Shown here in pieces: positions 53,694 to 61,336 of a DNA stretch of 64,000 nt. Origin of the DNA: an uncultured Candidatus Bathyarchaeia archaeon (GTDB lineage: Archaea > Thermoproteota > Bathyarchaeia > Bathyarchaeales > Bathyarchaeaceae); contig CAZUDX010000004.1 in NCBI GenBank assembly GCA_964618695.1, positions 86,257 to 150,256 of the forward strand. The letters are read 5' to 3'. The notes under the pieces are model-generated. The model saw only the letters and a program-made list of their open reading frames with translations. It did no database searches and was not told the DNA's origin. The stretch's first letter is position 1. Each line of letters opens with the position of its first letter. Position numbers and translations under genes: made by a program.

Positions 53694-54836
53694 ATGGCTT
53701 ACCGATTGTTGAACAAAGAACGGCAGATATACCTGAGAAAAGACGCTGAGGAGACTCTTCGTGGAATTGATAAGATAATCTTTGACTTCGACGGCGTGCT
53801 TGTTCAAACTTCCGAGTCATACCGCCAAACCATAAGGAGAGTTGTCGACTACTACTTCCTAAAAATTTTGGGTCTTGAAGGAGAAGAAGGAAAACTGGCT
53901 ACCTTACAGGATATTCAGAAGTTCAAGGACACGGGACTCTACAACAACGATTGGAACCTCTCCTACGCCTTCATCACCTACTACCTCAACCTCATAATGA
54001 GAAAACTTGAACAGAAAAATATCCTCCGAGACTTCACAAAACAATTCTACAACCTCCAATTCTCAGATTTTCAGAGCTTCACTAAAACCCTCAAAGAAGT
54101 AGGTGACTTCCTTAGGCGCTACGGAATAAACGGAACCGCCCTTGCCACTCTAAAGTATGATGATATTGTTGGCTTAGATTCGTTCTTAAAGCAAGCCAAC
54201 CTTGTAGATGACAAACAAAAGTTTGTTAAAAAGTTGGTGCCCTATGACCTTGAAAAGCCCGACCTTCTGAAGCGCTTGTTCGAAGAAACCTATCTAGGCA
54301 AAGACTTATTCAACAAAATTTATGGTGTTCCATCTTTCTTCAATTTTAGCGAAAGTTTTCTTAACAATGAAGAGATCATTCCCACAAAAGAGACCTTCAA
54401 CATGCTTGAACGGTTTGGAAAATTTGGGATATATTCGGGAAGACCCCGAATCCAAGGCATGTACATCCTAGAAAAATACAACTATGCAAGATATTTTGAC
54501 GAGAAAGGAGCTGTATTCCTCGGGGACCTCCTCAAATCTGAAGCTGAAATGGAAAAACTCGGAAAACCAGACCCCACCCTCTTCATAGAGTTGATCAACA
54601 AGTTCTCTGGTAAGACAAGCGGTGTTGTGTATGTGGGAGACGGAATCGCCGACGCCTTATTGGTTGAAAACGCAAGATCAGAAGGGCTTGAGGCCCTCGC
54701 GTTTTTAGGGGTATTGTCCTCGTCAGAGGATTCCAATAAACTTTTTACTGAATATGCCAAACATGGGGCTGACGCCGTTATAACGGATGTAAATGACATT
54801 CCATGCATACTCGCAAGTTTGGGAGGAAGTGTTTGA
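53694..54836 (+). CDS. HAD-superfamily hydrolase with large cap insertion, embedded in the his operon
   Basis: Four HAD motifs: IIFDFDGVL (I), YSGRPR (II), GKPDP (III), VGDGIADA (IV). About 200 aa lie between motifs I and II. Located between hisC and hisB. Confidence 0.7.
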   Translation: MAYRLLNKERQIYLRKDAEETLRGIDKIIFDFDGVLVQTSESYRQTIRRVVDYYFLKILGLEGEEGKLATLQDIQKFKDTGLYNNDWNLSYAFITYYLNLIMRKLEQKNILRDFTKQFYNLQFSDFQSFTKTLKEVGDFLRRYGINGTALATLKYDDIVGLDSFLKQANLVDDKQKFVKKLVPYDLEKPDLLKRLFEETYLGKDLFNKIYGVPSFFNFSESFLNNEEIIPTKETFNMLERFGKFGIYSGRPRIQGMYILEKYNYARYFDEKGAVFLGDLLKSEAEMEKLGKPDPTLFIELINKFSGKTSGVVYVGDGIADALLVENARSEGLEALAFLGVLSSSEDSNKLFTEYAKHGADAVITDVNDIPCILASLGGSV

Positions 54837-54837
54837 A

Positions 54838-55416
54838 ATGAGAAAAGTGAAGGTTGAAAGAAAAACGAAAGAAGTGGACATAGCCATCGAATTAGATGTC
54901 GACGGAAAAGGAAATGTAAAGGTGGAGACAGGCATCAAGTTTCTAGACCACCTTCTAGTCACATTAGGGAAACACGGTCTCTTCGACATGAAAGTCAAAG
55001 CAACAGGAGACCTAAAGCACCACATCAGCGAAGACGTAGCTTTAGTTTTGGGCGAAGCACTGCGTAAAGTAGTGGAAAAAAGGCGGAGCATTAAACGGTT
55101 CGGGTCAGCTTACGTTCCCATGGACGAATCCTTGGCAAGAGCCACAGTGGACTTGGGCGGAAGAGCCTACATAATTCGAAACCTTAGACTTATGCAATCT
55201 CAGATCGAAGACATGAAAACCGAGGACATTGAACACTTCTTCGACTCCTTAGCCCAAGCTTCGAAAGCAAACATTCACATAACTGTTCTCTACGGCAGCA
55301 ACGAACACCACAAAATAGAGGCAGCTACGAAAGCCCTAGCTCTTGCATTACGGCAGGCTCTAGAGTTGGAGCCAAGAATCGGAGACCAGGTTCCAAGCGC
55401 AAAGGGGGTTCTTTGA
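54838..55416 (+). CDS. hisB: Imidazoleglycerol-phosphate dehydratase (monofunctional)
   Basis: 192 aa. ERKTKEVDIAIELDVDG, DLKHHISEDVALVLGEAL, NEHHKIEAATKALALAL. Confidence 0.9.
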   Translation: MRKVKVERKTKEVDIAIELDVDGKGNVKVETGIKFLDHLLVTLGKHGLFDMKVKATGDLKHHISEDVALVLGEALRKVVEKRRSIKRFGSAYVPMDESLARATVDLGGRAYIIRNLRLMQSQIEDMKTEDIEHFFDSLAQASKANIHITVLYGSNEHHKIEAATKALALALRQALELEPRIGDQVPSAKGVL

Positions 55417-56027
55417 CGGCAGCTCAAGTGGCAGTCGTGAATTATGGCGTGGGAAACCTGAGAAGCATCAGGAGAGGACTCGAAAGATCAGGAGCTCAAG
55501 TCCAGATTACCCACAGCCCAAGTGACTTGCGTGAATCTGACGCCATAGTTCTTCCTGGTGTGGGCGCCTTTGCTCCCGCAGTCAAAAACCTAGCGCCAAT
55601 AACTGATGTTGTAGCGGAGGCGAGGGATGATGGAAAGCCTATTCTTGGAGTCTGTTTGGGTCTTCAGCTTCTCTTCACGCGGAGTAGCGAAGGCGGATCA
55701 ATCAGGGGACTGGACTTCATTTCAGGAGAGATCGTTAAATTGCCTGAGAAAGTAAAGACTCCTCAGATGGGATGGAACACCATTGAAATAGAGCAGTCTC
55801 ATCCACTACTTGAGGGGGTAAAAGACGGCTCTTACGTTTATTTCGTCCACTCCTATTACCCTCAGCCCTCAGACCCGGAAGTGACCGTGGCAACTACTGA
55901 ATATGGAGTCAGATTTCCTTCGATGGTGGCAAAAAAGAATCTGTTTGCGACGCAGTTTCACCCTGAAAAAAGCAGTAAAACCGGATTAACCATACTGAAG
56001 AACTTCGTGAGTATAGTGAAGAGGTAG
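55413..56027 (+). CDS. hisH: Imidazole glycerol phosphate synthase, glutamine amidotransferase subunit
   Basis: NYGVGNLRSI, GVCLGLQLL (nucleophile Cys), QFHPEKS. Confidence 0.9.
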   Translation: MTAAQVAVVNYGVGNLRSIRRGLERSGAQVQITHSPSDLRESDAIVLPGVGAFAPAVKNLAPITDVVAEARDDGKPILGVCLGLQLLFTRSSEGGSIRGLDFISGEIVKLPEKVKTPQMGWNTIEIEQSHPLLEGVKDGSYVYFVHSYYPQPSDPEVTVATTEYGVRFPSMVAKKNLFATQFHPEKSSKTGLTILKNFVSIVKR

Positions 56028-56032
56028 CCGAC

Positions 56033-56752
56033 ATGATAGTTATCCCTGCTGTTGACATTTTGGACGGGAGATGCGTTCGACTGGTTAGAGGTGACCCTGA
56101 AAAAAGCAAGGTCTACTACGAGGATCCTCTTGAGGCTGCTCAGTTGTTGGAGGAGCAAGGGGCACAGCTCATTCATCTAATTGACTTGGATGCTGCATTG
56201 GGTTCTGGACAGAACATGAAACCAATAAGAAGAATTTTAGAGAATATTGGTGTGAAGGTGCAGATTGGGGGCGGAATCAGAACGTTGGAGAAGACTGATG
56301 CTCTGCTGAAACTGGGTGCCTATCGGGTGATTTTCGGAACAGCGGCAGTTCAGAATCCGTCGTTGGTTGAAGAAGCTGTGCGCCGTTTCGGATCAAAGAG
56401 CGTTGCCGTGGCTGTGGATGAGAAAGAGGAAAAAGTGGTAGTTCGCGGCTGGAAGAACAAGTCTGAAATAGACTACCTAGACCTCGCTCGTTCTTTCGAA
56501 ACGATGGGAGTTGGCACCTTAATTTTCACGCCAATTAGTGTGGATGGAACGTTGAAGGGACCACAAATAGAAAAGACTGTGGAACTTGTGGAAGCGGTGA
56601 AGGTTCCGGTTATAGCGTCTGGTGGCGTAGCCGCCTTAAAGGATCTGGTCGAGTTGGCTGGGACTGGAGTGGAGGGTGTGGTGGTTGGCACTGCTCTTTA
56701 CGAGCGGAAGTTTACTCTAGAAGAAGCTTTGGAGGTTGTGAAAGGATGTTAG
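56033..56752 (+). CDS. hisA: ProFAR isomerase
   Basis: [27 protein letters not shown]. Confidence 0.9.
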   Translation: MIVIPAVDILDGRCVRLVRGDPEKSKVYYEDPLEAAQLLEEQGAQLIHLIDLDAALGSGQNMKPIRRILENIGVKVQIGGGIRTLEKTDALLKLGAYRVIFGTAAVQNPSLVEEAVRRFGSKSVAVAVDEKEEKVVVRGWKNKSEIDYLDLARSFETMGVGTLIFTPISVDGTLKGPQIEKTVELVEAVKVPVIASGGVAALKDLVELAGTGVEGVVVGTALYERKFTLEEALEVVKGC

Positions 56753-57555
56753 CTAAGCGAATAGTGCCTTGTCTGGATGTTAAGGATGGGAAGGTTGTGA
56801 AGGGTGTGCAATTCGTGAATTTGCGAGTTGAAGGCGACCCTGCGGAGCTTGCTGCCGCCTATGAAATTCAGGGTGCGGACGAGGTGGTTTTTTTGGATAT
56901 TACTGCTTCCTACGAGAAGAGGGATACTATGTTGGATATTGTGAAAAAAACTTCGGACATGATTTCCATTCCCTTCACTGTGGGTGGTGGCATCAGGAAC
57001 ATTGGTGATATTCAGAATGCTCTTTCTTCTGGGGCAGACAAGGTTTCGTTGAACACTGCGGCGGTGAGAGAGCCTAAAATTGTGAAGGAGTCGGCTGAGG
57101 TTTTTGGTAGTCAATGTATTGTTGTTGCTATTGATGCTAAGAGAGTTTACGTGGACAGCAAAGTTTCTGGTAAGACGGTGGTAGAGACTTCAAAGGGTAA
57201 GTGTTGGTGGGAAGTTTATGTTGAGGGCGGAAGAGTGCCGACGGGAATAGATGCTTTAGCTTGGGCTAAGACTGTGAAAGATTTGGGTGCAGGGGAGTTG
57301 TTGCCAACCAGCATGGACTGTGACGGAACTCAAGATGGCTACGATATAGCTTTGACCCGTTCGATGAGTGAATTAACGAATTTGCCGATAATTGCCAGTG
57401 GAGGCGCTGGGAACCTTGAACACATCTATGAGGTTTTGACGGCTGGAGACGCTGACGCCGCCCTAGCAGCTTCTATCTTTCATCGGTCCCAGTATTCTGT
57501 GGGAGAAGTTAAGAGGTACCTTGCCGAGAAAGGAGTGCCAATGCGGCTAGTGTAA
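56746..57555 (+). CDS. hisF: Imidazole glycerol phosphate synthase, cyclase subunit
   Basis: [53 protein letters not shown]. Confidence 0.92.
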   Translation: MLAKRIVPCLDVKDGKVVKGVQFVNLRVEGDPAELAAAYEIQGADEVVFLDITASYEKRDTMLDIVKKTSDMISIPFTVGGGIRNIGDIQNALSSGADKVSLNTAAVREPKIVKESAEVFGSQCIVVAIDAKRVYVDSKVSGKTVVETSKGKCWWEVYVEGGRVPTGIDALAWAKTVKDLGAGELLPTSMDCDGTQDGYDIALTRSMSELTNLPIIASGGAGNLEHIYEVLTAGDADAALAASIFHRSQYSVGEVKRYLAEKGVPMRLV

Positions 57556-57571
57556 TGTGGGGTGAAGAAGT

Positions 57572-58249
57572 TTGGTCTTGAAACTGAGTGAAGCTGAGAT
57601 TGACGAGTTCGTTAAAAAGGTGAATTTTGAGAAGGGTAAGGGTCTTGTTCCGGTTGTTGTTCAGGACGCGTCAAACGATAGGGTGTTGATGCAGGCTTAC
57701 ATGAACGAAGAGGCTTTGCGGTTGACGTTGGCTAGTGGTAAGATGCATTTCTGGAGTAGAAGCCGTGGAAAAATGTGGATGAAAGGCGAAGAGTCTGAAC
57801 ACACTTCACTAGTACAGAATGCTATCTTAGACTGTGACGATGACGCGATTCTCTTTAAGGTTCAGCAGATAGGTCCGGTGTGTCACACGGGCGAAGAAAC
57901 GTGCTTCTACAAGCCCATAAAAGCAGAAGAAACATTGAAGGTTGATGCGAAAGTAATTGAGCGGATTTTTGAGGTGATAAACGAGCGGATACAGAATCCC
58001 ACTGAAAAGTCTTATGTTTCTCGTTTGACTGCTGAAGGAGAGGACGCTGTTCTTCAGAAGATAGGAGAAGAAGCAGTGGAACTTATCCTCGCAATAAAAG
58101 AGGACAAACCAAAAGAAATCACACACGAAGCCGCCGATGTGTTCTTCCACATCATGGTGCTCTTCGCCAAAAAAGGCATTACGCTCACCAGCATCTTCGA
58201 AGAACTAGAACAACGACACAAAAATAAAACACAAAAACCACAAAAATGA
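57572..58249 (+). CDS. hisI: Bifunctional phosphoribosyl-AMP cyclohydrolase / phosphoribosyl-ATP pyrophosphatase
   Basis: HisI part: LVPVVVQD...FWSRSRGKMWMKGEESEH...DCDDDAILFKV...VCHTG. HisE part: SYVSRL...KIGEEAVE...EAADVFFHIMVL. Confidence 0.9.
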   Translation: MVLKLSEAEIDEFVKKVNFEKGKGLVPVVVQDASNDRVLMQAYMNEEALRLTLASGKMHFWSRSRGKMWMKGEESEHTSLVQNAILDCDDDAILFKVQQIGPVCHTGEETCFYKPIKAEETLKVDAKVIERIFEVINERIQNPTEKSYVSRLTAEGEDAVLQKIGEEAVELILAIKEDKPKEITHEAADVFFHIMVLFAKKGITLTSIFEELEQRHKNKTQKPQK

Positions 58250-58376
58250 CCTAGACGGAAAACTACTGATTGTATATCCGTCGTAGATACTTCAGTTCCG
58301 AAAAACGGAATGCTTATATTGTATGTTTCTACTTGTTGGAAGCCTATAACAATGTTGAGAGGGATATTGATGGCTG

Positions 58377-59381
58377 GTGGACGTGTTTGTTCAAGCCCAA
58401 AATTCGCCGCTAAATTCAGTCGGCTCCTTATCCAGTGATTCTTACCTCAAAAAGGTACAACTTCTTAAACAAAAAATCGGAAAAACCCCTTTAGTGCATA
58501 TCGACAATGTCAACGGCAGTTCTATCTACGCAAAACTCGAATACTACAATCCTTTAAGCCACTCTGTCAAAGACCGACCAGCAGTTTACATGCTGGAAGG
58601 AGCAATAAAACAGGGGCTAATAACCTCAGAAAATTCCACGTTTGTTGAGGCTTCTTCAGGAAATCTTGGAATCGCCTACGGAGAAGCTGGCAAATTCTTG
58701 GGTCTAAAAACTTTAATTGTAATCCCCAGTGTTGTCGGCGAAGAAACTTACAGAAGAATTAAAAAAACTGGGACACAAGTTGAAATAACTCCGGATGGTT
58801 ACTGTCCCCTAAGAAACGAGAGAGACGGAGCGATAGCAAAAGTCAAAGACATGTTCTTGAATGACTCTGACAAGATATGGTTAGACCAATACAGCAACCA
58901 AGACAACCTTAGAGCCCACATTGAAGGAACAGGACCCGAAATCTGGAACCAAACAGAAAAAGAAGTGACAGACATTGTAATGGGAGTTGGCACCGGGGGG
59001 TCAATGATTGGCATCACACTCTACTTGAAGAGCGAGAAACCTGAAGTGAAAAGCATAGCAGTTCAACCTCAAAAAAACCATCACATTCAAGGCTTAAGAA
59101 ATTTCCAAGAGTCTTTAGAACCTGCTATAGTTAGAAAAAACAGGGACTCAATTGACGATTGGCTCGAAGTCAGCGATAAAGAAACCTTTGAAACCGCAAA
59201 ATACCTGTGGAAAAAAGGATATCCCGTTGGAACATCATCGGGACTCAACTACTTCGCAGCCAGAAAAATCTCAAAGAAAAACAAAAACTCAATCATAGTC
59301 ACCCTCTTCCCAGACACGTGGCGCAACTCCTTCAAACTGATGCAAAACTACATTCTAAACGGCAACCTCAACAAAAACTAA
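58377..59381 (+). CDS. Cysteine synthase / CysK-CysM-family PLP enzyme
   Basis: KLEYYNPLSHSVKDRPA (PLP lysine), SSGNLGIA, GVGTGGS. Confidence 0.75.
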   Translation: MDVFVQAQNSPLNSVGSLSSDSYLKKVQLLKQKIGKTPLVHIDNVNGSSIYAKLEYYNPLSHSVKDRPAVYMLEGAIKQGLITSENSTFVEASSGNLGIAYGEAGKFLGLKTLIVIPSVVGEETYRRIKKTGTQVEITPDGYCPLRNERDGAIAKVKDMFLNDSDKIWLDQYSNQDNLRAHIEGTGPEIWNQTEKEVTDIVMGVGTGGSMIGITLYLKSEKPEVKSIAVQPQKNHHIQGLRNFQESLEPAIVRKNRDSIDDWLEVSDKETFETAKYLWKKGYPVGTSSGLNYFAARKISKKNKNSIIVTLFPDTWRNSFKLMQNYILNGNLNKN

Positions 59382-59443
59382 GACGAAGGAAGCTGTCTTA
59401 GGCAAAGCTTTTAGAAAAACCAAGCTTCTATAGTTGGCAACAT

Positions 59444-60514
59444 TTGGTTGGACGAAGAATGAGTTGGGAAAAAACATTAGACAGATACGGAGCTGTAATC
59501 GAAGAGCAACTCAAAAAATTTCTAGACGAAACCACAAAAGAAGCAGAAGATTACCACGCCTTCATTGGGAATGTTTACTTTGACATTGAAGAGTTTGTGC
59601 TTCGGAAAGGAAAAAGACTGGCTTCCTGCAGCACACTCCTCACCTACAAGGGTTACACTGGAGCGATTGATGAAAAAATCTTAAAGGTCTGCGTTGGAAT
59701 CGAGCTATACCGCCACGCAATTTTGGTTCACGATGACCTAGTGGACATGGACGACCTCAGAAGAGGCGGAAACACTTTACATAAGAAGTTCATGAAAAGC
59801 TACGAACCCTACACCACCAGATTTGGAGAAGGCACCGCAGTCTTCGCAGGCAACATAGCATATTCACTAGCAATCCATGCCATAATGGACTCCGGTTTTT
59901 CAGAAGAAAAAATTGGCAAAGCATTGAATCTCCTCTCTGAGGGCTACAGGGATGTTAACGAGAGCCAAATCCTCGACTTGTTGTTCGAATCCAAAGATGT
60001 TGACGTTAACGAATGGACTGTTATGGCGGGTAAGAGAGCGGCTTCCCTCTTCAAAGTAACAATCCTTATTGGCGCTATATTAGGCGGCGCCCCAAAAAAA
60101 GATCATTCAATATTGACTGAAGCAGCCGAGAACATGGGATACTCCTTCGACATCCAAGACGACATCATAGACAGCTTCGCTCCAAAAGACGAGTATGGTA
60201 GACCTCCATGCGTAGACATAGCAACAGGAAAGAAACCCCTACACGTGATCTATGCTCTACACTCAGCAGATAAAACGAAATCTGAAGCTTTGAAATGCCT
60301 TCTCGGCAAAAAATTCCTTAACATCGGAGAGATAGAACTGGTAAGAACTTTGCTTAGGGAGAGCGGAGGACTAGAAGCCGCAAAGAAAACATCAAAAAAA
60401 CATGCTGAACAAGCAAGAGCATACATTGATCAAACAAGCCTAAGTGCTGAAATCAAAGAATTCTTCAGCAGCTTCATCAGATACATAGAAGAAAGCCTCA
60501 ACTGGTATAAATAG
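59444..60514 (+). CDS. Polyprenyl (geranylgeranyl) diphosphate synthase
   Basis: First DDxxD region LVHDDLVDMDDLRRG and second FDIQDDIID. The likely true start is the ATG at 59459. Confidence 0.85.
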   Translation: MVGRRMSWEKTLDRYGAVIEEQLKKFLDETTKEAEDYHAFIGNVYFDIEEFVLRKGKRLASCSTLLTYKGYTGAIDEKILKVCVGIELYRHAILVHDDLVDMDDLRRGGNTLHKKFMKSYEPYTTRFGEGTAVFAGNIAYSLAIHAIMDSGFSEEKIGKALNLLSEGYRDVNESQILDLLFESKDVDVNEWTVMAGKRAASLFKVTILIGAILGGAPKKDHSILTEAAENMGYSFDIQDDIIDSFAPKDEYGRPPCVDIATGKKPLHVIYALHSADKTKSEALKCLLGKKFLNIGEIELVRTLLRESGGLEAAKKTSKKHAEQARAYIDQTSLSAEIKEFFSSFIRYIEESLNWYK

Positions 60515-60617
60515 AACCAAAAACGATTAAACCTTTATTTTAACGTGCACGCATTGAAAGGTGTTGCGTAAGCGGTCAAGCGCCAAAATTTTTTCTAGTA
60601 GAATGAAGTGTAATCGT

Positions 60618-60872
60618 TCATTCTCTTCTATTGACTGTGATTTCCAGAATTGACCAGTTTGGATGGGCTTTGGTGAAAGCTTCATAGAATACTGTTTTCA
60701 TGTCAAGTTCGGAATCATGTTTAACTTTGTAACAGTTCATGAATTTGGTGCCCTTTGGATAGTTAGGCCTGCGGTGTAGAATGCTTACTGTCACGACTCC
60801 GTCAGAATTCTTGTGATTGAAAAGTCTCATGCAATAACCCTCCAATCGCTTTACTGACTTGCTTCTCGCCAA
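60618..60872 (-). CDS. Small hypothetical protein
   Basis: 84-aa ORF with non-repetitive sequence. Internal Met (MRLFNHK) is an alternative start. Confidence 0.3.
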   Translation of the reverse strand: MARSKSVKRLEGYCMRLFNHKNSDGVVTVSILHRRPNYPKGTKFMNCYKVKHDSELDMKTVFYEAFTKAHPNWSILEITVNRRE

Positions 60873-61336
60873 GTCCCCCCATGTTTATATCAAATCTTCT
60901 TAATTAAGATTTCCTACAGAGTCTTGCGCACCCACGCACATTTAACTATTTGATTACACAACATCATTCAGAAAAAATCTTAATATCTCACACTAACAAA
61001 ATCAAAACATCCGGATATATGCAAAAAACATATGCAGAATTCGAAGACAACAGAACTTTTAACCACATATGTTAAGAAGGATGACTTTCAGTTCATTTAT
61101 TAACAAAAATCTTTACAACTCATCAATAAAATGAACACCCCAATCATTCTTTCAACCATCCAAACAACAACTTGCCCTCAGTTTGGGTTGAGGATAATTT
61201 TTGACTTCTCTCGCGAAATGCGCACGCGAATCAGTATAATAAATGACCTAATAACCCAATAAAGTAACCCGAAGAGTTTCCATAACTTTATATTGTTGCA
61301 TGAGCATTCTGGGATTCAATCGGATGTCGTGAATGA

